Source of the DNA: Eledone cirrhosa
Lineage: Eukaryota
Direction: 5' to 3'
DNA length: 64,000 nucleotides
NCBI GenBank assembly: GCA_964016885.1
Contig: OZ024743.1
Span: forward strand, 311,364,001-311,428,000
The position numbers and the translations under genes were made by a program. The notes below the pieces were generated by a model. It did not search any database. It was not told the origin of the DNA and was given only the letters and a program-made list of their open reading frames with translations. Below are positions 26,286 through 49,554 of this stretch, piece by piece (position 1 is the stretch's first letter; the number at the start of each line of letters is the position of its first letter).

Positions 26286-27635
26286 CTACGTGTACAGCTG
26301 TTTTGGGTATGTTTCCTCCTGGAGTTTTTCTTTTTCCGGTTTTTGTTGTCCTGACGTTAAAAAATGAATTTTTCTCTGTTCAGGATTTATATTCCTGTTG
26401 GTGTTCGCTTGATGAACTTTTGGTCGTGATATTATATTTGGTTTCGTTATGTATTTTGTCCTATTTTTGGTATTCTGTATATTATTTTTCTTCCTGTTAG
26501 CATTATTTTTAACAATCTGGGAAAATGACCTAGGTTTGCTTTCAGGTTTAGATCGTTTTTTCGTCCAGTTTCTTGTGGGCAATCTCTGTTGAGATCTTGA
26601 GAGTGATCTGGTTATTCTACGTTTTGTTTCCACATTCCTTGTTGGTAGTCTCTGTTGAGATCTTGAGAATGATCTCCTGGTTTTACTACTTCTCATGGTC
26701 TGGTCAAAGGAATACCTATCGTGTTTGTGCTTTTTGTTCATGTTGTGTGCGATAGGGTGTTTTTGTAGAAAAAGCGAAGAGTTATTACCGTAGTTCTTCT
26801 TTGATTCAAGGTAAGGTGAGTGTTTGTGTTGGCACGTGTTCTGGCGTATGTTGTGTTGATGAGGTTGTCCACTTTTAATGCTTTTTCTCAGGGTTCCAGA
26901 GTCTTTACCGTAATTTGCAGCATATTCATCGAGAAATAATTGTTTCTGCTGCCATACCTTTCTTGATTTGTTTTCTTCTTTTGAGATATCTCCGATCCAT
27001 AGTTCTCGTAGTTTTTCAGCTATAATACCAGTCGTTAGCTTTGAAATTTCAACTTCAATTTGGTCATCAATAGCTTCATATTTGGCTTTGTAGCGGGATT
27101 GTTTACATTCAGAAATGGAGATGTCGGTCCTGAATTTTGTCAATGTAAGTTCCCATCGGAGTTTTGTTTCTTCTTCTGGTTCTCCTGCAATTTCTGTAAT
27201 TAGGTATTTACGAGGGAGTATGGGTGCCGTTAGAGAGAGCCATTTCGAATGTGTTTCGACATATTTTTCGCATCTGTATGCTTTCCAGAAATTTTGTTTT
27301 CTTATGTTAAGGAATTTTTTCCATGTCTTCCACATTTCTTTTCTTATTCGATGTGTTTTGTTTTCCAAATTTCTTTCGTTTATTTCTGACATCCAAGGGG
27401 GTTGTGGTAGGCTTTCTCTTGTATCTTTGATAACTGTTGGTATAATTTCAGCTAAATTCTTAATTTCAGAGTTTATATGTTCAGTTATAAGTTTTCTGTC
27501 TGTAGATTGTTTTTCTATTTCCTTTAAAATAGAGGATTGTGTGTCCATCATCGTGATAAGTGTTGATAATTTCGATGATATCTCCTTTAGAATTCTTTCT
27601 GATTCTGTTGGTTTCATTTGTTGCTTTCCAGACAT
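26286..27635 (-). CDS. PLE ORF1, 449 aa: helical/coiled-coil-like N-half and basic RS-rich disordered C-half
   Basis: Long open frame with an ATG just downstream of the pLTR. It overlaps the -1 frame of ORF2 and is intact in both copies. Confidence 0.8.
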   Translation of the reverse strand: MSGKQQMKPTESERILKEISSKLSTLITMMDTQSSILKEIEKQSTDRKLITEHINSEIKNLAEIIPTVIKDTRESLPQPPWMSEINERNLENKTHRIRKEMWKTWKKFLNIRKQNFWKAYRCEKYVETHSKWLSLTAPILPRKYLITEIAGEPEEETKLRWELTLTKFRTDISISECKQSRYKAKYEAIDDQIEVEISKLTTGIIAEKLRELWIGDISKEENKSRKVWQQKQLFLDEYAANYGKDSGTLRKSIKSGQPHQHNIRQNTCQHKHSPYLESKKNYGNNSSLFLQKHPIAHNMNKKHKHDRYSFDQTMRSSKTRRSFSRSQQRLPTRNVETKRRITRSLSRSQQRLPTRNWTKKRSKPESKPRSFSQIVKNNANRKKNNIQNTKNRTKYITKPNIISRPKVHQANTNRNINPEQRKIHFLTSGQQKPEKEKLQEETYPKQLYT

Positions 27636-27855
27636 GTTGGCATATACACAATAGGAATATATATATAGATATAGATAGGTAAATATACACGGGTGTGTAT
27701 GATTGTGTATAGAAGATTATATTAATAAGAGGAATTCCAACTTTGTCTGATTTACTCGTTTTATTTACAATCCTTTAAAATATATATAATGGTATTATAA
27801 TGAAATAGTATGATAGAATATTAAATTCTAAGTGTTAATTGAACGTTCAATTAAC

Positions 27856-28602
27856 ACTGGTATTATAGCTGAAAAACTACGAGAACTATGGATCGGAGAT
27901 ATCTCAAAAGAAGAAAACAAATCAAGAAAGGTATGGCAGCAGAAACAATTATTTCTCGATGAATATGCTGCAAATTACGGTAAAGACTCTGGAACCCTGA
28001 GAAAAAGCATTAAAAGTGGACAACCTCATCAACACAACATACGCCAGAACACGTGCCAACACAAACACTCACCTTACCTTGAATCAAAGAAGAACTACGG
28101 TAATAACTCTTCGCTTTTTCTACAAAAACACCCTATCGCACACAACATGAACAAAAAGCACAAACACGATAGGTATTCCTTTGACCAGACCATGAGAAGT
28201 AGTAAAACCAGGAGATCATTCTCAAGATCTCAACAGAGACTACCAACAAGGAATGTGGAAACAAAACGTAGAATAACCAGATCACTCTCAAGATCTCAAC
28301 AGAGATTGCCCACAAGAAACTGGACGAAAAAACGATCTAAACCTGAAAGCAAACCTAGGTCATTTTCCCAGATTGTTAAAAATAATGCTAACAGGAAGAA
28401 AAATAATATACAGAATACCAAAAATAGGACAAAATACATAACGAAACCAAATATAATATCACGACCAAAAGTTCATCAAGCGAACACCAACAGGAATATA
28501 AATCCTGAACAGAGAAAAATTCATTTTTTAACGTCAGGACAACAAAAACCGGAAAAAGAAAAACTCCAGGAGGAAACATACCCAAAACAGCTGTACACGT
28601 AG
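27856..28602 (+). pseudogene. 5'-truncated ORF1
   Basis: Identical to the C-terminal 248 aa of 26286-27635. Confidence 0.85.
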
Positions 28603-28649
28603 ATCCTAAAATAATTAATTTATCTAAAAGAGATCTTGACAATGATGAA

Positions 28650-30836
28650 ATGCAAATTCTGTCAAAAGGACTGAAATTCATACCGACTCCAACAGTCAAC
28701 CACCAAGAACTGAAGGAGGATACCCAAGAATTCTGTCGAAAATTACGTCTTGTAGAATTCTTCGCTGATAAAAATAATGAGAGTGATGAATCACTAGTAA
28801 AGAATAAATCAAATTTCACTCCGCCAAAAGGAAGAAATATCTATCTCGACCAATACATTGACATCCTGTCTAAATTTCCTCTTAGACATAATACTAATGT
28901 TAGGCCAAACATTAACAAATCAGAAATGTCTGCACTTAAACGTATACAAAATGATAAAACAATAATAATTAAACAAGCAGATAAAGGGGGTGCAGTTGTT
29001 ATAATGGATACTGAATACAACAAGGATTTGGTTGAGGAACAACTGAAAGACACAACATTCTATCATGAAATACCGTCAAATATAGACCACAACATTATGA
29101 AGAAGATCAACAACCTGGCTTCAAAATACCACAACTCATTTACTGATAAGGAAAGAGACTACATCACCAATTTTGAGCCGAAACCCAGCAACCTGTATGG
29201 CCTACCGAAAGTTCACAAGTCAAAAGAAATACAACTGGCAGTAAGAGAACAAAACAGTGAGTACATTAAATTATTACACCCAAAAGACTTAAAACTTAGA
29301 CCTATTATAGCTGGTCCAACATGCCCCACTCACCGTCTAAGCAATTTTGTTGACATTATTTTGAAACCACTATGTATTCACATACCCAGTTTCATCCGGG
29401 ATGATATCGACTTCCTGTCCCATCTTCCCAAAACCACGGAAACGAATTCACTTCTACTCAGTTTTGATGTGGTAAGCCTTTACACCAACATTACACATGA
29501 TTTAGGAATAAAGGCGGTTAAATACTGGGTGGAAAAACATAGAGAAGTGATTCCCATTAGATTCACAGCGCCATTTATATTAGACGCAGTTAAACTTATT
29601 CTGGAAAACAACACTTTCTTCTTCAATGGAAAGAATTACATCCAAATTAGAGGCACAGCGATGGGAACGAAGTTTGCTCCCGTTTACGCGAACTCTGTAA
29701 TGGGATACTTAGAACAACAACTCTACCAAGAAATAGAGGAAAAATATAGTACTGACTTTAGAAAGTACATTGAAAAATCTTGGAAGAGATACCTTGACGA
29801 CTGTTTCATCATCTGGACAGAATCTCTAGATACTCTGGATGAGTTCAATATCCTCCTGAATAACCTACACCCATCTCTCCAATTCACAAAAGAGATGAGT
29901 AGGACCAAATTACCATTCCTAGATATAATGATAATCAAAAACGACACCACCATTACCACGGATATATATTATAAACACACAGACACCCATCAATATCTGA
30001 ATTTTAAGTCGTGCCATCCACCTCATACAAAACGCAACATCCCATACTGCCTAGCCAGAAGAATTTGTACCATTGTAGAAGATACGAATACCAGGTACAA
30101 ACGCCTAACAGAACTAAGAGAATTTTTGCTCAAACAAAAATACCCATCTCTACTTATAGAAAATGGCATACAGCGGGCTATAAAAATACCTATACAACAA
30201 CTTAGAACAACCCAAAGAAGAAGAAACCAAGAACTGGTCATACCATTTATAATGACACACAACCCATGTCACCAGAATATCTTCAACACTGCCAAAGCAA
30301 ACCTACCGATCATTGCTCAAAGTAATGAATTAAAAGGCTTAATCACAAATCGATCTTTGACTCTTAGTAAAAGACAGCCAAAAAATTTGAAGCAATTGCT
30401 AACAAAAGCAAAGTTTGACCTTAACAACAAAGACCAATCATTCACTGTATCTAAATGCAATGATAATCGATGCGGCACATGTCAATCCATACACGCCGGT
30501 CAATATATGAAAACAAAAACTGGAAAAATATTCACAAATGCAAATATGAACTGCAAAAGCAGAAATCTAATTTACTGCATTAAATGCCCGAATTGTGAAG
30601 AACTATATGTCGGTCAAACTGGAAATGCACTATCGGAACGTGCACGGGTACACCGTCAACAAATCAGAGACCCAAATGTCCGTCAGATACCCCTAAGCGG
30701 CCACCTGGCAACATGTGGTCAGGGAATATTTATAATATTCCCATTCTACAAATTACACAGCCCAAGTGAAATCAAGAGAAAAATCAAAGAAAAGAATTTT
30801 ATTGATAAATTCAAACCCAAGCTAAATGAACAATAA
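28650..30836 (+). CDS. PLE reverse transcriptase + GIY-YIG endonuclease (second copy)
   Basis: 728-aa intact ORF with the same motifs as 24052-26238. Confidence 0.93.
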   Translation: MQILSKGLKFIPTPTVNHQELKEDTQEFCRKLRLVEFFADKNNESDESLVKNKSNFTPPKGRNIYLDQYIDILSKFPLRHNTNVRPNINKSEMSALKRIQNDKTIIIKQADKGGAVVIMDTEYNKDLVEEQLKDTTFYHEIPSNIDHNIMKKINNLASKYHNSFTDKERDYITNFEPKPSNLYGLPKVHKSKEIQLAVREQNSEYIKLLHPKDLKLRPIIAGPTCPTHRLSNFVDIILKPLCIHIPSFIRDDIDFLSHLPKTTETNSLLLSFDVVSLYTNITHDLGIKAVKYWVEKHREVIPIRFTAPFILDAVKLILENNTFFFNGKNYIQIRGTAMGTKFAPVYANSVMGYLEQQLYQEIEEKYSTDFRKYIEKSWKRYLDDCFIIWTESLDTLDEFNILLNNLHPSLQFTKEMSRTKLPFLDIMIIKNDTTITTDIYYKHTDTHQYLNFKSCHPPHTKRNIPYCLARRICTIVEDTNTRYKRLTELREFLLKQKYPSLLIENGIQRAIKIPIQQLRTTQRRRNQELVIPFIMTHNPCHQNIFNTAKANLPIIAQSNELKGLITNRSLTLSKRQPKNLKQLLTKAKFDLNNKDQSFTVSKCNDNRCGTCQSIHAGQYMKTKTGKIFTNANMNCKSRNLIYCIKCPNCEELYVGQTGNALSERARVHRQQIRDPNVRQIPLSGHLATCGQGIFIIFPFYKLHSPSEIKRKIKEKNFIDKFKPKLNEQ

Positions 30837-30999
30837 TAACGCCTAGGGGTATTACTTCTACTTCTACTACCACTATGACCACGACCACTAACAACAACAA
30901 CAACAACAATAATAATAATAATAAAAGTGATGTTGATGGTGATGATTAATAGAAAATGCTATTTTCATCATTTCAAAAAAGCAAAACAATTGATACGTT

Positions 31000-31185
31000 G
31001 GATATGACTATTGGTCGTTAGCATGCTCAACCAGCCGTGACGCTTAAACCAATCAGCTGTAGTAATTCAGTGAAACTACACACTGATTGGTCGAAATACA
31101 GTTTACAGGGCTTTGCATTCTGGAGCCACTTTTCTCTGTATAAAATGTATAAAAGGTAGGAAATTTACCCATCTCATTACAGTTG
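31000..31185 (+). promoter_or_regulatory. Putative Pol II promoter in the PLE 3' UTR/pLTR
   Basis: CCAAT boxes (about 31010, 31049, 31086), TATAAAA at 31148 and Inr-like acagtt at 31179. The solo pLTR arm at 10689 begins at this position. Confidence 0.55.
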
Positions 31186-31217
31186 AAAATTGCAAACTCG
31201 ACTGTCACCACATATCA

Positions 31218-31256
31218 TGAACCTGAAGATTGCGAAAGCATGAAAGTACTTGTTCA
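31218..31256 (+). ncRNA. Minimal type-I hammerhead ribozyme in the pLTR
   Basis: Same sequence as 23632-23670. Confidence 0.88.
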
Positions 31257-31370
31257 ATTAACACTTAGAATTTAATATTCTATCATACTATTTCATTATA
31301 ATACCATTATATATATTTTAAAGGATTGTAAATAAAACGAGTAAATCAGACAAAGTTGGAATTCCTCTTA

Positions 31371-40516
<9,146 letters not shown>

Positions 40517-40524
40517 TATGTATG

Positions 40525-40603
<79 letters not shown>

Positions 40604-40604
<1 letters not shown>

Positions 40605-40718
40605 CTCTGATGATATGGAATTGATTGTGCATTGGATGTCGAATGCTCTACTAACTATATAATATTATAGATGCTGCGAGATCTAGGCAAATTCATGTCT
40701 ATTGAAACGTACGTTAGA
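40604..40718 (+). ncRNA. Hammerhead-like motif with an approximately 90-nt stem II domain, in a solo pLTR-like remnant
   Basis: tct-CTGATGA-[90 nt]-GAAA-cgtacg-TT-aga, followed by aataaa. Confidence 0.6.
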
Positions 40719-40785
40719 ACCGAATAAATCTCTTTTACTGCATCTTTCTGTTCTTTTTGATTTTATATATATATATATATATATA

Positions 40786-41727
40786 TAAGAACAAAAGATG
40801 GTTAAAAGAGTTCTATGTATTTTATTATGCGCATTTCAAAAACAAATATCATCATGCAATAATATTTGTGTTTTCATCAGATAAAACAGGAGGACATGAT
40901 ATGAAGGTTATAAAAGCACTTGTGGATAGTTCAGTTTTAAATCAACATATGAGAAGTAGTTTTAGATTGATGTGTGATATTGGGAAAAATATTTTATTTA
41001 GAGGGGGGGGGGGTGAAAAAAGAAGGAGATGAGAGTGAAGGTGGAGAGGGAGGAGTATAATGAGGAAGGATGAGATAATTCATTATTCTTTCTCCCTTTC
41101 ATCTAACTCATTATTCTCAATACATATTAACTCTTTCTTTTTCTTCGCACATATTATCAAACCCCTCAATATACAAACCTTAACTTTACATTATTTTTCT
41201 CTTCGTTAATTTTCAAATTCTTTTAATTTATACATTATCTTCCAACGGTTTTCAACCTCTCTATGTAAAACAATATATCTTTCTCAATTATAAAAGCTAT
41301 CTCTCTCTCTCTATCACCCATCTCTCCTCCTATCTCATCCTTCCTCATTATACTCTCCCCTCTCCACCTTCACTCTCATCTCCTTCTTTTTTTCATCCTT
41401 TCCACCCCCCACCCCTCTAAATAAAATATTTTTCCCAATACCACACATCAATCTAAAACTACTTCTCATATGTTGATTTAAAACTGAACTATCCACAAGT
41501 GTTTTTTTAACCTTCATATCATGTCCTCCTGTTTTATCTGATGAAAACACAAATATTATTGCATGATGATATTTGTTTTTGAAATGCGCATAATAAAATA
41601 CATGGAACTCTTTTAACCATCTTTTGTTCTTATATATTATGTATACTCCAGTCCTACAAACTGTAGAGTGCTTCTTATCCGATATCTGCATTGCTTTATT
41701 GTACTACAATAAAAACTCACCTCCTAC
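40786..41727. mobile_element. Non-coding inverted-repeat element with two outward-facing HHRs
   Basis: Arms are about 40786-41076 and 41331-41632. HHR at 41532-41598 (+) reads ttttat-CTGATGA-long stem II-GAAA-tgcgca-TA-ataaaa, with a mirror at 40820-40886 (-). Confidence 0.8.
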
Positions 41728-41777
<50 letters not shown>

Positions 41778-41796
41778 ATTTATATATATATATTTT

Positions 41797-41839
<43 letters not shown>

Positions 41840-42013
41840 ATTTATATATATATATATATATTTTATTTATATATATATATATATATATATTTTATTTATA
41901 TATATATTATATATATATATATATATATTTGTGTATGTGTATTTATGTATTTTTTTATATGTGAATATGTGTATTTCTGTAGATGTGTTTCTATATGTGT
42001 ATATTTATATGTA

Positions 42014-42060
<47 letters not shown>

Positions 42061-42120
42061 ATATATATATATATGTGTATATATATATATATATATGTGT
42101 ATATATATATATGTATATAC

Positions 42121-42152
<32 letters not shown>

Positions 42153-42173
42153 GTATATATATATGTGTATATT

Positions 42174-42204
<31 letters not shown>
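41728..42204. repeat. (TA)n/(TG)n low-complexity array
   Basis: Seen directly. Confidence 0.9.
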
Positions 42205-42540
42205 ATCATCATTTCATTTTACGTCTGCTTTTTCCCTGCTTACAAGGGTGGGACGGGAACTGATTCTGGCTTGATTTCTACAGCTCGATGCCCTTCCTAA
42301 CACCAACCTCATTTACAGTGAGTGCTGGGTGCTTTTTTGCCGTGGCACATCCACAACCACTTTGCAGTGGAATGATATGGACCCCAGTCCCTATCATCTC
42401 ATTTCTACAGCTGATTAAACTGGAGCACTGTGAAATAAAGTCTCTTGCTCAAGGAAACAACATATCACCCGGTCTGAGAATTGAACTCACAACCTTTCGA
42501 TTGCAAGGCCAATGCTCTAACCACTAAGCCATGTGCCTCC
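42205..42540 (-). mobile_element. SINE-type repeats (tRNA-derived head at about 42465-42540 plus a fragment of a second family)
   Basis: Minus strand reads ggaggcacatggcttagtggttagagcattg...gagttcaattct (A/B boxes). 42270-42330 resembles the repeat at 57100-57190. Confidence 0.7.
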
Positions 42541-45463
<2,923 letters not shown>

Positions 45464-45951
45464 GACACCTGGAATATATCTTAAGAGAAATATGATAATA
45501 ATAATATGATAGGCACCCAATATTTTGAACTGGTTTATAGAATTGGCCTTTGGCACTCTAAGTAGAGCTGTAAAGAATTAACTTTTAAAGAATTTCCCTC
45601 TTCTTTAAATCCATCCACCATGACCGACCCCCAACCATCTTATAGACACCTGAAATATAGGCATTGTTAGCTTAAGAGAAACTTAAAAATAAGGAGTCGC
45701 ACTCCATTCTGAACTTGTTTATAGAATTCTTTCTGCCTTTGTCACTCTAAATATAAATTATAACCTTAAAGAATTAGCTTTTAATGAATTCCCTTTTCTT
45801 TCAACCAATGACCTCCACCCATCCCACTCCCCACCCTCTCCTACCACCTGAAAAGATATAAATACCAGAATAGTTATTTTGGAAAGCCAGATTCCTGATG
45901 ATCTCTAAAGAATGAAACAGTTCTAGTCCTGTAGAATATCATCTATATGAA

Positions 45952-46001
<50 letters not shown>

Positions 46002-46289
46002 TATATCTGTCAGTCTCGAGCTCGAAAGCTTATCAGGCCAGTGTTTATCCCGGTTTCCGTGACTGAGAGTACGAGACAACCCTTGACTTGACGCCTATCC
46101 ATCGCAGGGTTAAACCCCTTGCCATTGCTGGTAATTACTTTCAACTGAAATGTTTTGTTCAAGAACGCAACACGCTATCCAGCCCAGGAATTATAATCGT
46201 AAGTCCAACACCCTTACCCCTAAGCCACGCACTTCGACCACACACATACTTACACTTACATAAGCGTGTCTGTGTGTGGGCCTGTTTAT

Positions 46290-47025
46290 AGAAATAATTG
46301 TTTCTACGTTTGGAACAAGGTCAGCAATTAACCAATGTATTACTGGTACTTTATTTTATCGAGCCCGTAAGGATGAAAGGCAAAGTTAACCTCAGCGGGA
46401 TTAGAAATAATGGTTTCTGATTTAGGCCGAGAGCTATCCATTTGGGGAGAGTGGAAGGTTGATTAAATCGACCCCAGTGCGTTACTGGTACTTTATTTTA
46501 TCGACCCCGTAAGAATGAAAGGCAAAGCTAACCTCAGCAGGGTTTGAACTCAGATCGTATAGGCCGTAACTCTGTGCCATAAAACATGTTGTCTGGCGCT
46601 CTACTAATACTGCTAATCCCCCCACCCACCCCTGTTTATCAAAATAATTGTTTCTACTTTTGACACAAAGCCAGCAATTACCCAATGCATTACTGGTACT
46701 TTATTTATTGACCCCGTAAGGATGAAAGGCAAAGTTAACCTCGGCGGGATTTGAACTCAGAATGGCAAGGGCTGTAACTCTATGCTAGAAAGCATGGCGT
46801 CCCACCTTCTACCGATACTGCCAATCCACTGTGTATAAAAATAATTGTTTCTACTTTGGGCACAAGGCCAGCAATTATCCAGTACATTACTGGTACTTTA
46901 TTTTATCGACCCCGTAAGGATGAAAGGCAAAGTTAACCTCAACGGGATTTGAACTCAAACCGTAAAGGGACGTAACTATGCTAGAAAGCATGACGTCCAA
47001 CCCTCTACTGATACTGCCAATTCAC
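46290..47025 (-). mobile_element. Tandem cluster of tRNA-derived SINEs (three near-complete plus one partial)
   Basis: ttactggtactttattttatcgaccccgtaaggatgaaaggcaaagttaacctc..gatttgaactca repeats roughly every 140-210 bp, with the B box on the minus strand. Confidence 0.85.
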
Positions 47026-47534
47026 CAAGCTCCATCAAGGAAGACAGTGCATTACTACACGATGAAGTCTGCTTTTCTCAAAAATAATGTTAAGAATTAT
47101 CTTCCATGTTTCCAGTCTACCATGAACAGTAATAGTCTGTTATATTTCAATATTGTAAATAGCTCGTTTCATTTATTTCAATTTTCTAAATTGTTATATT
47201 TTTGATATTTTTGATATTTTGCTATTCATATTTTCATTTGATTTGTTTTTATAGTGTATAATTGTTCGTTTTTATTTTTTCGTTTTTGTTTTAAATGTAT
47301 ATATATATATATATTTATTCCACACCGTTTGCCCTTAACTCTCGATGGAGACGTAGGAGCGCCGTCTTGAGATGCAGTGCATCTTGGACATTTAAACCTT
47401 CTGGAACCTATCTCTCCAGGATTTAACACAGCCGATTACATCTAGAGAGAGAGAGAGAAAGAGAGGGGGAAAGAGGGAGAGAGAGGATGAGGGAAAGAAA
47501 GAAAGATAAAGCGAGAGAGATGGTGGGAAGCGAT

Positions 47535-47670
47535 AATTGAACCCAATACTGAGCCGGTACTTTATCGACCTCGAAAGAATAAAGGCAAAGTTAAGTCGGT
47601 GGGATTTGAACTCACAGCGCAGCAGAAAGCCAGAACGAATACAAACAGCTTCTACCAACTCACCGTGCAC
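47535..47670 (-). mobile_element. Diverged SINE copy
   Basis: ggtactttatcgacctcgaaagaataaaggcaaagtt...gatttgaactca. Confidence 0.7.
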
Positions 47671-48077
47671 CTGTAATATATTGGTATAATTGATTATCAG
47701 CCGTAGTTGCACAAATGAATGAATAGATGGTTAATTTCTGATGATATAGACGATTGTCAATAGATGAGAAATAATTTTTTTTTATCTTCTATTGAAGCAT
47801 CACGCCTCGGAAAATATTGACGTTTTAAATAATTGGTGTTTAAACACATTTGATATAGTTTTTCTTTATATTCAGCTGTTGTATCTTTTGTTGTAGTTTG
47901 TGTTTTCTGTCAGAGAGAAAGAAAGAGAGAGAGAGAGAGAGAGAGATGGGGAGGGGGAATATTAAAATATTGCGAAAATGTTTTACAATGAAATACTTAT
48001 ACAAAGTTATTACCGATAACATTAATTTAGCGAGGTTCTTAAATGCTTATGTGAACACTTATATGTTACTGTATCTT

Positions 48078-48285
48078 GGGTTCTGATTTCAGCGCAAGGC
48101 CAACATTTTTCTTTTTTGAGAGAGGAGTCGATTAAATCGACCCAATGCATTATTAGTACTTTAGTTTATCCGATGGAAGGCAAAGCTAACCTCGGCGGGA
48201 TTTGAACTCAGAACATAAAGGGGCATAACTCTATGCCGCAAAGTGTGTTGTTCGACGCCCTACCGATACTGCCAATCCACCACCC
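48078..48285 (-). mobile_element. SINE copy
   Basis: Same family as 46290-47025. Confidence 0.8.
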
Positions 48286-48495
48286 TATATTTTTGTATAA
48301 TAAATATGCATGTAGTTTGGCTGTAAGTATTTTAAGCTAACCTGTTTAAAAGTGTTGTACACATGTATTTTAAAGTTTTTGTCTACCAGCAGCAGCGCTT
48401 ACTATGTAATACTGAGATATAGACGACAATATCTTCATGGATTTTGTGGTTTATTTACAGTTTAAAATACTCACAGCAGAATTTTATGCACGTTT

Positions 48496-48690
48496 GGGCG
48501 GTGGATTTGCAGTATTGGTAGGGCGTCGGTCGCGACAGAGAGTTGCGTCGCTTTACGTTCTGATTTCAAATCTCGCCGGGGTTAGCTTTGCCTCTCATGC
48601 ATACGATGTCGATAAAAATAAAGCACCAGTAAGGCTCTGGTGTCTATTTAATTGACTTTCCTCTCCTCCCCAAAAATCAGAAACGATTAT
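48496..48690 (+). mobile_element. SINE copy, opposite orientation
   Basis: ggcggtggatttgcagtattggtagggcgtc...tctgatttcaaatctcgccggggttagctttgcc. Confidence 0.8.
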
Positions 48691-49166
48691 ATATAAGCAT
48701 ATTGTGTAGATGTAGTTTGTCTACGGCTGAAAAAAACTCACAGAACGACTATATCATTGTTTATTATATATAAATATATTGTATAGATTTTGTAGTTTAA
48801 ATTCTTAAAGATACTCGCAACAGGAATATATGTATGCTTATTATATATAAATATATTGTTCATATTTCGTAGTTGGTTTACAAAATCCTGAAGATATTTT
48901 CTTCTACACCTTAGTATTCTGTTGTGAGTAACTGTCACTGATAATGGATAAAAAAAAACTGAAATATATGTATACAGCGTTCTTACATGTGTGCTGAGGT
49001 AATTGTGATATGAGCACGGCTTAACATACCATAAGACTATCGGTACGTTTATTATATATAAATATATTGTATATTGTTCCATACACACCATCCTTCATAC
49101 AAAGGTAGTGTGGCAAAGTATTATAGTGCAGGCTTGAATTTAAGTTCTCCTGCAATTGTTGGGTTT

Positions 49167-49358
49167 TTAACTTTGTTGTCGGTGTATCTTCGAATGTGTC
49201 TTTAAATTTGATCTTCGGTTAAATGCTCTGTTACATATGTGACATGCAAACGGCTTGATACTGGTATGTGTAAGTTTGTGGCGTGTCAGGTTACCATGTT
49301 GTCGGAAGTGACGTCCACATTTATCACATTTAAATGGTTTTTCGCCAGTGTGGATTCG
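49167..49358 (-). CDS. Last coding exon of a C2H2 zinc-finger transcription factor (fingers 2-3)
   Basis: ttttcag acceptor, then RIHTGEKPFKCDKCGRHFRQHGNLTRHKLTHTSIKPFACHICNRAFNRRSNLKTHSKIH and a stop. Phase 0 matches the upstream exon. Confidence 0.9.
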   Translation of the reverse strand, partial: RIHTGEKPFKCDKCGRHFRQHGNLTRHKLTHTSIKPFACHICNRAFNRRSNLKTHSKIHRQQS

Positions 49359-49554
49359 CTGAAAATGTAAGATAGTTTGCTTAAACACAGAAAACTGAAT
49401 ATTTTTTTTATATATTTTCATTTCATAAGGAAAGATAAATGGCAGCCAAAACAATGTTTTGTGAAAAGAGAGAGAGGCGGGGGCGAGAGAGAGAGTTGGG
49501 TAATGGGGTTATCTTGGAGAGAGAGAGTAAAGAAGAGAGATCAATGTTAGGTCA

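Larger units (their letters stand above)
23458..27844 (-). mobile_element. Full-length two-ORF Neptune-type Penelope-like element
   Basis: 5' partial pLTR 27662-27844 is a direct repeat of 23458-23636. Contains ORF1, ORF2 (RT + GIY-YIG) and a 3' UTR with a HHR. Confidence 0.93.
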
